Origin: Escherichia coli
GTDB lineage: Bacteria; Pseudomonadota; Gammaproteobacteria; Enterobacterales; Enterobacteriaceae
Direction: 5' to 3' (one strand)
NCBI RefSeq assembly: GCF_003334305.1
Contig: NZ_QOWS01000025.1
Length of the DNA stretch: 64,000 nt
The first letter of the stretch is position 1, and each line of letters opens with the position of its first letter. The position numbers were made by a program, and so were the translations under genes. Below are positions 19,616 through 28,833 of this stretch, piece after piece. The notes under the pieces are model-generated. The model saw nothing but the letters and a program-made list of their open reading frames with translations. It did no database searches and had not been told where the DNA came from.

Positions 19616-20530
19616 CTATTCCAGTTCTTGTCGACATGGCAGCGCTGTCATTGCCCCTTTCGCCGTTACTGCAAGCGCTCCGCAACGTTGAGCGAGATCG
19701 ATAATTCGTCGCATTTCTCTCTCATCTGTAGATAATCCCGTAGAGGACAGACCTGTGAGTAACCCGGCAACGAACGCATCTCCCGCCCCCGTGCTATCGA
19801 CACAATTCACAGACATTCCAGCAAAATGGTGAACTTGTCCTCGATAACAGACCACCACACCTTCTGCACCTTTAGTCACCAACAGCATGGCGATCTCATA
19901 CTCTTTTGCCAGGGCGCATATATCCCGATCGTTCTGTGTTTTTCCACTGATAAGTCGCCATTCTTCTTCCGAGAGCTTGACGACATCCGCCAGTTGTAGC
20001 GCCTGCCGCAAACACAAGCGGAGCAAATGCTCGTCTTGCCATAGATCTTCACGAATATTAGGATCGAAGCTGACAAAACCTCCGGCATGCCGGATCGCCG
20101 TCATCGCAGTAAATGCGCTGGTACGCGAAGGCTCGGCAGACAACGCAATTGAACAGAGATGTAACCATTCGCCATGTCGCCAGCAGGGCAAGTCTGTCGT
20201 CTCTAAAAAAAGATCGGCACTGGGGCGGACCATAAACGTAAATGAACGTTCCCCTTGATCGTTCAGATCGACAAGCACCGTGGATGTCCGGTGCCATTCA
20301 TCTTGCTTCAGATACGTGATATCGACTCCCTCAGTTAGCAGCGTTCTTTGCATTAACGCACCAAAAGGATCATCCCCCACCCGACCTATAAACCCACTTG
20401 TTCCGCCTAATCTGGCGATTCCCACCGCAACGTTAGCTGGCGCGCCGCCAGGACAAGGCAGTAGCCGCCCGTCTGATTCTGGCAAGAGATCTACGACCGC
20501 ATCCCCTAAAACCCATACTTTGGCTGACAT
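19616..20530 (-). CDS. cscK: fructokinase CscK (PfkB/ribokinase family)
   Basis: 304-aa ORF with PfkB-family motifs (VLGDAVVD near N-terminus, DSTGAGDAF near C-terminus); upstream of cscB on the same strand. Confidence 0.93.
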   Translation of the reverse strand: MSAKVWVLGDAVVDLLPESDGRLLPCPGGAPANVAVGIARLGGTSGFIGRVGDDPFGALMQRTLLTEGVDITYLKQDEWHRTSTVLVDLNDQGERSFTFMVRPSADLFLETTDLPCWRHGEWLHLCSIALSAEPSRTSAFTAMTAIRHAGGFVSFDPNIREDLWQDEHLLRLCLRQALQLADVVKLSEEEWRLISGKTQNDRDICALAKEYEIAMLLVTKGAEGVVVCYRGQVHHFAGMSVNCVDSTGAGDAFVAGLLTGLSSTGLSTDEREMRRIIDLAQRCGALAVTAKGAMTALPCRQELE

Positions 20531-20636
20531 TTTTTTCCCTTAAATTCATCTGAGTTACGCATAGTGATAAACCTCTTTTTCGCAAAAATCGTCATGGATT
20601 TACTAAAACATGCATATTCGATCACAAAACGTCATA

Positions 20637-20648
20637 GTTAACGTTAAC
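20637..20648. promoter_or_regulatory. candidate CscR operator 1 (perfect palindrome GTTAACGTTAAC)
   Basis: 12-bp perfect palindrome in the divergent cscK/cscA intergenic region; repeated identically 64 bp downstream. Confidence 0.5.
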
Positions 20649-20651
20649 ATT

Positions 20652-20667
20652 TGTGATATTCATCGCA
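20652..20667. promoter_or_regulatory. CRP-like site between the two csc operators
   Basis: TGTGAtattcaTCGCA matches TGTGA-N6-TCACA in 9 of 10 positions. Confidence 0.3.
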
Positions 20668-20700
20668 TTTATGAAAGTAAGGGACTTTATTTTTATAAAA

Positions 20701-20712
20701 GTTAACGTTAAC
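20701..20712. promoter_or_regulatory. candidate CscR operator 2 (perfect palindrome GTTAACGTTAAC)
   Basis: Second identical copy about 30 bp upstream of the cscA start; AT-rich flanks. Confidence 0.5.
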
Positions 20713-20746
20713 AATTCACCAAATTTGCTTAACCAGGATGATTAAA

Positions 20747-22180
20747 ATGACGCAATCTCGATTGCATGCGACGCAAAACGCCCTAGCAAAACTTCATGAG
20801 CACCGGGGTAACACTTTCTATCCCCATTTTCACCTCGCGCCTCCTGCCGGGTGGATGAACGATCCAAACGGCCTGATCTGGTTTAACGATCGTTATCACG
20901 CGTTTTATCAACATCACCCGATGAGCGAACACTGGGGGCCAATGCACTGGGGACATGCCACCAGCGACGATATGATCCACTGGCAGCATGAGCCTATTGC
21001 GCTAGCGCCAGGAGACGATAATGACAAAGACGGGTGTTTTTCAGGTAGTGCTGTCGATGACAATGGTGTCCTCTCACTTATCTACACCGGACACGTCTGG
21101 CTCGATGGTGCAGGTAATGACGATGCAATTCGCGAAGTACAATGTCTGGCTACCAGTCGGGATGGTATTCATTTCGAGAAACAGGGTGTGATCCTCACTC
21201 CACCAGAAGGAATCATGCACTTCCGCGATCCTAAAGTGTGGCGTGAAGCCGACACATGGTGGATGGTAGTCGGGGCGAAAGATCCAGGCAACACGGGGCA
21301 GATCCTGCTTTATCGCGGCAGTTCATTGCGTGAATGGACCTTCGATCGCGTACTGGCCCACGCTGATGCGGGTGAAAGCTATATGTGGGAATGTCCGGAC
21401 TTTTTCAGCCTTGGCGATCAGCATTATCTGATGTTTTCCCCGCAGGGAATGAATGCCGAGGGATACAGTTACCGAAATCGCTTTCAAAGTGGCGTAATAC
21501 CCGGAATGTGGTCGCCAGGACGACTTTTTGCACAATCCGGGCATTTTACTGAACTTGATAACGGGCATGACTTTTATGCACCACAAAGCTTTTTAGCGAA
21601 GGATGGTCGGCGTATTGTTATCGGCTGGATGGATATGTGGGAATCGCCAATGCCCTCAAAACGTGAAGGATGGGCAGGCTGCATGACGCTGGCGCGCGAG
21701 CTATCAGAGAGCAATGGCAAACTTCTACAACGCCCGGTTCACGAAGCTGAGTCGTTACGCCAGCAGCATCAATCTGTCTCTCCCCGCACAATCAGCAATA
21801 AATATGTTTTGCAGGAAAACGCGCAAGCAGTTGAGATTCAGTTGCAGTGGGCGCTGAAGAACAGTGATGCCGAACATTACGGATTACAGCTCGGCACTGG
21901 AATGCGGCTGTATATTGATAACCAATCTGAGCGACTTGTTTTGTGGCGGTATTACCCACACGAGAATTTAGACGGCTACCGTAGTATTCCCCTCCCGCAG
22001 CGTGACACGCTCGCCCTAAGGATATTTATCGATACATCATCCGTGGAAGTATTTATTAACGACGGGGAAGCGGTGATGAGTAGTCGAATCTATCCGCAGC
22101 CAGAAGAACGGGAACTGTCGCTTTATGCCTCCCACGGAGTGGCTGTGCTGCAACATGGAGCACTCTGGCTACTGGGTTAA
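20747..22180 (+). CDS. cscA: sucrose-6-phosphate hydrolase / invertase CscA (GH32)
   Basis: GH32 motifs (WMNDPNG, FRDP, WECPD); ORF track starts at 20738, but the Met at 20747 gives the 477-aa form I recall for CscA (either start is possible). Confidence 0.93.
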   Translation: MTQSRLHATQNALAKLHEHRGNTFYPHFHLAPPAGWMNDPNGLIWFNDRYHAFYQHHPMSEHWGPMHWGHATSDDMIHWQHEPIALAPGDDNDKDGCFSGSAVDDNGVLSLIYTGHVWLDGAGNDDAIREVQCLATSRDGIHFEKQGVILTPPEGIMHFRDPKVWREADTWWMVVGAKDPGNTGQILLYRGSSLREWTFDRVLAHADAGESYMWECPDFFSLGDQHYLMFSPQGMNAEGYSYRNRFQSGVIPGMWSPGRLFAQSGHFTELDNGHDFYAPQSFLAKDGRRIVIGWMDMWESPMPSKREGWAGCMTLARELSESNGKLLQRPVHEAESLRQQHQSVSPRTISNKYVLQENAQAVEIQLQWALKNSDAEHYGLQLGTGMRLYIDNQSERLVLWRYYPHENLDGYRSIPLPQRDTLALRIFIDTSSVEVFINDGEAVMSSRIYPQPEERELSLYASHGVAVLQHGALWLLG

Positions 22181-22187
22181 CATAATA

Positions 22188-23183
22188 TCAGGTGGAACAA
22201 CGGATCAACAGCGGGCAAGGGATCCGCGTCACTCTTCCCCCTTCACGACCTTCAATAATATGCAATGCAGCTTCCCGCCCGATAATGTCATGTGGAAGCT
22301 GAATTGTGGTCAGCGGCGGTAAAAACAGATGCCCGACGCCAACCAGATTATCAAAGCCCATTACGGCGACATCCTGCGGGATACGTACCCCCTTCGCCAG
22401 GAGAACCTGATAAGCGACAAAGGCTGCGCGATCGTTACCACATATCAGAACATCAAAATCTGGTTTGCCCGGTTTGAAGTGGGCATTGAGTAAACTTGCG
22501 AGATCGGTGTAGTGATCATCACCTGTTGCCATGTGAAATTGTTTCACCTCAGCCAGATCTCGTCCAGCATCACGCCAGGCCTGCTCAAATCCCTGCCGAC
22601 GATACCCTGTTGCCAACGCACTTTCCGGTAGCCAGAAGCATAACGGTTGACGATAGCCCGCCGCGAGCAAATGCTGTGTTGATTCATATTGTGCAGTGTA
22701 ATCATCAGGGATATAACTGGGTAACGCTGGGTCATCCGCCACACAGTTCGCCAATACAATATTTTCACCATACAGAGACTCAGGCAGCGTGATATGTCGC
22801 AGCCCCATTGTAGTATAGATAATGCCATCCGGACGGTGGGCAAGCAGCTGACGTGCCGCGCGGGCAGCGTCATCTTCAGAAAAAATATTGATTAAAAAAC
22901 TATTCCAGCCGAACTCGCTGGCGGTTTGCTCAATGGCAAGCAGAATATCAACAGAGAAAGGAGTGGTAGCCGTGTCCTGCGCCAGCACGGCGAGAGTCGA
23001 CGGCTTACGTCCTTGAGCGCGCATCTTACGGGCGGAAAGATCAGGAACATAATTCAGGGTCTGGATTGCCTGCAATACGCGGTCACGCGTTGCAGGACGC
23101 ACAGATTCTGCATTATGCATCACCCGGGAGACTGTCATCATCGACACTCCCGCCAGGCGTGCGACATCCTTTAATGAAGCCAT
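22188..23183 (-). CDS. cscR: LacI-family sucrose operon repressor CscR
   Basis: Start moved to internal Met (MASLKDVARLAGVSMMTVSRV, an HTH LacI-type N-terminus), giving 331 aa; the 397-aa track ORF carries a non-coding 5' extension. Confidence 0.9.
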   Translation of the reverse strand: MASLKDVARLAGVSMMTVSRVMHNAESVRPATRDRVLQAIQTLNYVPDLSARKMRAQGRKPSTLAVLAQDTATTPFSVDILLAIEQTASEFGWNSFLINIFSEDDAARAARQLLAHRPDGIIYTTMGLRHITLPESLYGENIVLANCVADDPALPSYIPDDYTAQYESTQHLLAAGYRQPLCFWLPESALATGYRRQGFEQAWRDAGRDLAEVKQFHMATGDDHYTDLASLLNAHFKPGKPDFDVLICGNDRAAFVAYQVLLAKGVRIPQDVAVMGFDNLVGVGHLFLPPLTTIQLPHDIIGREAALHIIEGREGGRVTRIPCPLLIRCST

Positions 23184-23425
23184 ACCCAAGCCGTTTGCCG
23201 TAAAACGGGCACTGTAGCAGAAACAGACGTCACTGGCGAGATCCAACGATATTCTCAACGCCCTATCACCCAACACGGCAATACAATAAAAAATAACAAT
23301 AATTGCCGGATAATTGTACTCAATTCCGCCTCTGTTCTCGCCAACGAGTAACCATATAGGCAAGTAAGTAAAACATGCCAACTGGCATCGCCAACCTGGA
23401 GAAGAAAATATAAATATGGATCATT

Positions 23426-23644
23426 GTGCTGCCGCTGTATCCCGACATCAGCCCGGAAATTATTGCGATTGCTATCGGTTCAGGTGCAATTGGCTGCACG
23501 ATCGTTACGGACTCGCTTTTCTGGCTAGTGAAGCAATATTGCGGCGCTACGCTCAATGAAACATTTAAATACTATACGACAGCGACATTTATCGCTTCAG
23601 TCGTCGCTCTGGCGGGCACATTCCTGCTGTCATTTATCATCTAA
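23426..23644 (+). pseudogene. dsdX: 3' remnant of a GntP-family permease gene, most likely dsdX (D-serine transporter), truncated by the csc islet
   Basis: 72-codon frame ending 18 nt before dsdA with GntP-type C-terminal motifs (ISPEIIAIAIGSGAIG, DSLFWLVKQY); no matching N-terminal region or promoter present. Confidence 0.6.
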
Positions 23645-23661
23645 GCGCAAAGAGACGTACT

Positions 23662-24990
23662 ATGGAAAACGCTAAAATGAACTCGCTCATCGCCCAGTAT
23701 CCGTTGGTAAAGGAGCTGGTTGCTCTTAAAGAAACCACCTGGTTTAATCCTGGCACGACCTCATTGGCTGAAGGTTTACCTTATGTTGGCCTGACCGAAC
23801 AGGATGTTCAGGACGCCCATGCGCGCTTATCCCGTTTTGCACCCTATCTGGCAAAAGCATTTCCTGAAACTGCTGCCACTGGGGGGATTATTGAATCAGA
23901 ACTGGTTGCCATTCCAGCTATGCAAAAACGGCTGGAAAAAGAATATCAGCAACCGATCAGCGGGCAACTGTTACTGAAAAAAGATAGCCATTTGCCCATT
24001 TCCGGCTCCATAAAAGCACGCGGCGGGATTTATGAAGTCCTGGCACACGCAGAAAAACTGGCTCTGGAAGCGGGGTTGCTGACGCTTGATGATGACTACA
24101 GCAAACTGCTTTCTCCGGAGTTTAAACAGTTCTTTAGCCAATACAGCATTGCTGTGGGCTCAACCGGAAATCTGGGGTTATCAATCGGCATTATGAGCGC
24201 CCGCATTGGCTTTAAGGTGACAGTTCATATGTCTGCTGATGCCCGGGCATGGAAAAAAGCGAAACTGCGCAGCCATGGCGTTACGGTCGTGGAATATGAG
24301 CAAGATTATGGTGTTGCCGTCGAGGAAGGACGTAAAGCAGCGCAGTCTGACCCGAACTGTTTCTTTATTGATGACGAAAATTCCCGCACGTTGTTCCTTG
24401 GGTATTCCGTCGCTGGCCAGCGTCTTAAAGCGCAATTTGCCCAGCAAGGCCGTATCGTCGATGCTGATAACCCTCTGTTTGTCTATCTGCCGTGTGGTGT
24501 TGGCGGTGGTCCTGGTGGCGTCGCATTCGGGCTTAAACTGGCGTTTGGCGATCATGTTCACTGCTTTTTTGCCGAACCAACGCACTCCCCTTGTATGTTG
24601 TTAGGCGTCCATACAGGATTACACGATCAGATTTCTGTTCAGGATATTGGTATCGACAACCTTACCGCAGCGGATGGCCTTGCAGTTGGTCGCGCATCAG
24701 GCTTTGTCGGGCGGGCAATGGAGCGTCTGCTGGATGGCTTCTATACCCTTAGCGATCAAACCATGTATGACATGCTTGGCTGGCTGGCGCAGGAAGAAGG
24801 TATTCGTCTTGAACCTTCGGCACTGGCGGGTATGGCCGGACCTCAGCGCGTGTGTGCATCAGTAAGTTACCAACAGATGCACGGTTTCAGCGCAGAACAA
24901 CTGCGTAATACCACTCATCTGGTGTGGGCGACGGGAGGTGGAATGGTGCCGGAAGAAGAGATGAATCAATATCTGGCAAAAGGCCGTTAA
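23662..24990 (+). CDS. dsdA: D-serine dehydratase (D-serine ammonia-lyase), PLP-dependent
   Basis: 442-aa ORF ([31 protein letters not shown]) with PLP-lysine region (SGSIKARGG). Confidence 0.96.
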   Translation: MENAKMNSLIAQYPLVKELVALKETTWFNPGTTSLAEGLPYVGLTEQDVQDAHARLSRFAPYLAKAFPETAATGGIIESELVAIPAMQKRLEKEYQQPISGQLLLKKDSHLPISGSIKARGGIYEVLAHAEKLALEAGLLTLDDDYSKLLSPEFKQFFSQYSIAVGSTGNLGLSIGIMSARIGFKVTVHMSADARAWKKAKLRSHGVTVVEYEQDYGVAVEEGRKAAQSDPNCFFIDDENSRTLFLGYSVAGQRLKAQFAQQGRIVDADNPLFVYLPCGVGGGPGGVAFGLKLAFGDHVHCFFAEPTHSPCMLLGVHTGLHDQISVQDIGIDNLTAADGLAVGRASGFVGRAMERLLDGFYTLSDQTMYDMLGWLAQEEGIRLEPSALAGMAGPQRVCASVSYQQMHGFSAEQLRNTTHLVWATGGGMVPEEEMNQYLAKGR

Positions 24991-25097
24991 TAACGTTTCA
25001 ACGCAGCATCGCAATCCTTTCCCTGGGTGAGCGATGCTGCCGATGGCGCAGACTTAAGATCCCCGGTCTTACCCGCTATAACCCCCTCCTTTTATCA

Positions 25098-26636
25098 TCA
25101 CCCAACGCCTTTCGCTGTAAACGGCGGTTTCGCAAACCAAACCAAAACCGTAAGTAAGATAAAAGCAATAGCCGCCATACGGAAAATCTCATTTGCAGAA
25201 ATAGAAAGTGACTGCTGGGTTATTTCATTATTAATTTCATTAAGAACTCCTGAAAGCGAACCATAGTATTTATCCATAATTTGTGACGATGAATTAAACA
25301 CGGGGTTAAATTGATCGATGGTTGCTGTCAACTGACTATGGTGTAACGATTCGCGTCGTCCCCACAGCGTCATTGTCAACGACGTACCAACTGATCCTGA
25401 CAAGGTACGAAAAAAATTACTCATACTCGAGGCATTGGCAAATTTATTATCTGGCAAGCCTGAAAACGAAATCGTTGTTAAGGGTAAAAAGAAACAGGCA
25501 ACGGCGAATCCCTGGAAAAACTGTGGCAAAATGATGCCTGTAAAATCAATCGTTGGCATAAATGTCACAGAACGCCAGTAATAGCAAACCGCATACATCA
25601 AAAAACTGAATGTCACTAACACCCGCATGTCTATTTTATTGCCATAACGTCCTATCAAAGGTGAAATCAATAGTGGCATGATGCCGATGGGCGCATAAGC
25701 AAGCCCGGCCCATATCGCATTATACCCCATCGTTTCCTGGAGTAACTGCGGCATAAGGACGATCGCTCCAGAGTAAAATAAATACGCGCAGGTGATACTC
25801 ACAATACCAATGGTGAAATTACGAGACTTAAACAAACTGAGATCAAGAATCGGATTCTCTGAGGTCGACTCCCAAATGACTAAAGAGATCAGAGAAATAA
25901 CTGATACTACTGTTAATATTATTATTGTACTCGAGTTGAACCAATCCAGATCGCGCCCTTTATCAAGCATAATTTGCAAGCCACCAACACCGAGCACTAA
26001 CAGGGTCAGTCCTGGTAGATTCATTTTTACCGGTGAAGTTTCAGTTTCTCTTCCTTTAAGTAAGGTTAAGCATAATGTCAGGACGATAATCCCCATAGGG
26101 ACATTGATTAAAAATATCCAACCCCAGCTAAAGTTATCGCAAATATAACCGCCCAATATCGGCCCACATATCGGAGCGATAATCACGGTCATTGACCATA
26201 ATGCCAGAGCAAATGTTCTTTTTTCTGGTGGATAATTCCTCAATAATAAACTCTGTGACAGTGGAATTAACGGCCCCGCCATTAATCCCTGAACGACTCT
26301 AAAAAATATCAGCACATCAAGATTGGTCGATAAACTACACATTAAGGAAGACAGCGAAAAAAAAGTGACTGAAAGTAAAAATAACCTTAATTCGCCTATT
26401 CTTTGTGCCAGCCTGCCGGTAACAGGGATCGCAATGGCATTTGCTACGCCAAACGAGGTGATAACCCAGGTGCCTTCGTCTGTTGATGCTCCCAGAAAGC
26501 CAGATATTGTCGGTATTGCGACGTTAGAAATAGTGGAATCCAACATTTGCATAAATGTCGCTAATGACAATGCAATAGTGACGCACCATAACGTCCCACC
26601 GGTTAATGGTGCCGGAGTTGATTTAGTGATTGCCAT
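25098..26636 (-). CDS. emrY: MFS multidrug efflux pump EmrY (EmrB paralogue, 14-TM)
   Basis: 512-aa polytopic MFS ORF; start overlaps emrK stop; downstream of EvgA-regulated emrK. Confidence 0.95.
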   Translation of the reverse strand: MAITKSTPAPLTGGTLWCVTIALSLATFMQMLDSTISNVAIPTISGFLGASTDEGTWVITSFGVANAIAIPVTGRLAQRIGELRLFLLSVTFFSLSSLMCSLSTNLDVLIFFRVVQGLMAGPLIPLSQSLLLRNYPPEKRTFALALWSMTVIIAPICGPILGGYICDNFSWGWIFLINVPMGIIVLTLCLTLLKGRETETSPVKMNLPGLTLLVLGVGGLQIMLDKGRDLDWFNSSTIIILTVVSVISLISLVIWESTSENPILDLSLFKSRNFTIGIVSITCAYLFYSGAIVLMPQLLQETMGYNAIWAGLAYAPIGIMPLLISPLIGRYGNKIDMRVLVTFSFLMYAVCYYWRSVTFMPTIDFTGIILPQFFQGFAVACFFLPLTTISFSGLPDNKFANASSMSNFFRTLSGSVGTSLTMTLWGRRESLHHSQLTATIDQFNPVFNSSSQIMDKYYGSLSGVLNEINNEITQQSLSISANEIFRMAAIAFILLTVLVWFAKPPFTAKGVG

Positions 26637-27799
26637 TAAAGTTGTCCATTATGCGAAATAATGTTGCTAATTTCTTTTTCTATCGGACTGGTATCGATAA
26701 CTAAAGCCTTACTGGTATAAGCCGGCATGGAGGTCACGGTTGAAGCCAGCTCAGGCATCTCGGCAATGTCTTCGTTCTTCGTATCAATAGTTGCTGTCAT
26801 CGATAAACCAATACGCAAGGGATGTTCCATGAGTTCTTTTGGATCAAGAGAAACTTCAACCGGTACACGCTGAACGATTTTGATCCAGTTCCCTGTCGCA
26901 TTTTGTGCAGGTAATAAGGAGAACGCATTGCCGGTTCCCATATTGATCCCTGTCACCCGACCATGAAACACAACATTTTCACCATAAAGATCGCTGATAA
27001 TATTGACCGATTGACCAATCCGTACATCCGTAAGTTGTGTTTCTTTAAAGTTGGCATTAACCCACATTTGACGTGCCGGTACGACAGCCATTAACGATTG
27101 TCCGGGGCTCACTGTTTCGCCGACCTGAACACTTCTCTGGGCAATATAGCCGGTAACCGGACTCTTAATATCCGTACGTTTAAGCGCCAACCAGGCTTCT
27201 TTAGTTGCATCCGCCGCTTCAACGACTTGTGGCTGACGGTTTAATGGTGTGTTCATTATTAAAGCTTTATTCGCTTTATAAGCCTGGATAGCGGCATTCA
27301 ATGCCGCTTTGCTACTTATTAACGTATCTTTGGTATGCTCCAGCGTTTCTTTTGAAATAACCCCCTGCTTCGCTAACGGCACTCGACGGTTATAATCTTC
27401 TAAAGATTGTTGATACTGAATACGTGCTGAAGCGACTTCGGCACTGTATTGTTTATCCTGTAAGTATAGTTTATTCGTTTGCCGAACAATATTTGCCAGA
27501 TTATTTTTAGCTTTATTGAGTGCGATAGTGGCATCAGTTTTATCCAGTGAAACTAAAATGTCACCTTGTCGAACGTAGTTCGTATCTTTATGATTAACGA
27601 CAGTGACACTACCTGAGACTTGTGCAGAAATTGGATCTGCATTCCCCGTGACATAGGCGTCATCTGTACTAATCATGTCTTCTAATTCCATTGACCAATA
27701 GGCATAGGCACCTGAAAACGCAATAAATAAAACTACCGCCAATAAAGAAAAGTATTTTCTTCTGTTAGAATGTTTTTTATTTGAATTAATCTGTTCCAC
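26636..27799 (-). CDS. emrK: multidrug efflux membrane-fusion protein EmrK (EmrA paralogue)
   Basis: 387-aa ORF with N-terminal membrane anchor and coiled-coil/HlyD-like body; GTG start; divergent from evgA. Confidence 0.93.
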   Translation of the reverse strand: MEQINSNKKHSNRRKYFSLLAVVLFIAFSGAYAYWSMELEDMISTDDAYVTGNADPISAQVSGSVTVVNHKDTNYVRQGDILVSLDKTDATIALNKAKNNLANIVRQTNKLYLQDKQYSAEVASARIQYQQSLEDYNRRVPLAKQGVISKETLEHTKDTLISSKAALNAAIQAYKANKALIMNTPLNRQPQVVEAADATKEAWLALKRTDIKSPVTGYIAQRSVQVGETVSPGQSLMAVVPARQMWVNANFKETQLTDVRIGQSVNIISDLYGENVVFHGRVTGINMGTGNAFSLLPAQNATGNWIKIVQRVPVEVSLDPKELMEHPLRIGLSMTATIDTKNEDIAEMPELASTVTSMPAYTSKALVIDTSPIEKEISNIISHNGQL

Positions 27800-27972
27800 T
27801 ATTATCTCTCATTTCTCATAGATGAAATTTATGAATTGAATGAAAAGAGCATTCATTCTTCATATCAAACACAGTGCATGTGTTGCACATTATCCCAGGA
27901 ACGTTGGAGGCCTAATTTAAATGAGGTGCAAAAAAAACAACAGAGGACTAAACCGTGGCTTTTGCAATACAA

Positions 27973-27990
27973 TTCTTACGCCTGTAGGAT
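27973..27990. promoter_or_regulatory. EvgA-box-like inverted repeat in the emrK/evgA divergent region
   Basis: TTCTTACGCCTGTAGGAT against consensus TTCYTACA-NN-TGTARGAA (7/8 and 7/8). Confidence 0.5.
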
Positions 27991-28214
27991 TAGTAAGAAG
28001 ACTTATAGTGCCAACTTGAAACTATAAATCATCGGTACAATCCCTGATTTTATTGTTGACATTTCATTTATGCCGACTATTTATATGGTATACTTGTCGA
28101 ATTATCTTAAAGGAAGCTCAGATTTTCTTATTTTTATTGAGAAAATGAGATGACGCCTTATGTCTGTATTACTACAGGGAGAAGGGAGATGCTTCATTGC
28201 AAAGGGAATAATCT

Positions 28215-28829
28215 ATGAACGCAATAATTATTGATGACCATCCTCTTGCTATCGCAGCAATTCGTAATTTATTGATCAAAAACGATATTGAAATCTTAGC
28301 GGAGTTGACTGAAGGGGGAAGCGCCGTTCAGCGGGTGGAAACACTTAAGCCTGATATCGTCATCATTGATGTCGATATCCCCGGAGTTAACGGTATCCAG
28401 GTGTTAGAAACGCTGAGGAAGCGCCAATATAGCGGAATTATTATTATTGTCTCCGCTAAAAATGACCATTTTTACGGGAAACATTGTGCTGATGCTGGCG
28501 CTAATGGATTCGTGAGTAAAAAAGAAGGCATGAACAATATCATTGCGGCTATTGAAGCTGCAAAAAATGGCTACTGCTATTTCCCCTTCTCTCTCAACCG
28601 GTTTGTTGGAAGTTTAACGTCCGACCAGCAAAAACTCGACTCCTTATCGAAACAAGAAATTAGTGTCATGCGGTATATTCTTGATGGCAAGGATAATAAT
28701 GACATTGCTGAAAAAATGTTCATCAGCAACAAAACTGTCAGCACTTATAAAAGTCGCCTGATGGAAAAATTAGAATGTAAATCACTGATGGATCTTTACA
28801 CATTCGCGCAACGTAACAAAATCGGCTAA
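28215..28829 (+). CDS. evgA: response regulator EvgA (NarL/FixJ family)
   Basis: 204-aa ORF with receiver domain (MNAIIIDDHPLA, DIVIIDVDIPGVNG) and LuxR-type HTH C-terminus. Confidence 0.96.
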   Translation: MNAIIIDDHPLAIAAIRNLLIKNDIEILAELTEGGSAVQRVETLKPDIVIIDVDIPGVNGIQVLETLRKRQYSGIIIIVSAKNDHFYGKHCADAGANGFVSKKEGMNNIIAAIEAAKNGYCYFPFSLNRFVGSLTSDQQKLDSLSKQEISVMRYILDGKDNNDIAEKMFISNKTVSTYKSRLMEKLECKSLMDLYTFAQRNKIG

Positions 28830-28833
28830 TCAC

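Noticed and set aside
23320-23556. 78-aa minus-strand ORF spanning the cscR-dsdX junction
   Set aside because: Overlaps the csc/dsdX junction and the dsdX remnant in antisense; best explained as a chance frame.
17781-23661. Possible prophage or integrative element at the argW tRNA hotspot
   Set aside because: No integrase, excisionase, phage structural genes or flanking direct repeats of the tRNA 3' end were found; the inserted genes are purely metabolic (csc), so I call it a metabolic islet.
25003-25040. Inverted repeat GCAGCATCGC...GCGATGCTGC between convergent dsdA and emrY as a terminator
   Set aside because: 10-bp stems but an 18-nt loop and no adjacent U-tract; too atypical to call an intrinsic terminator with confidence.
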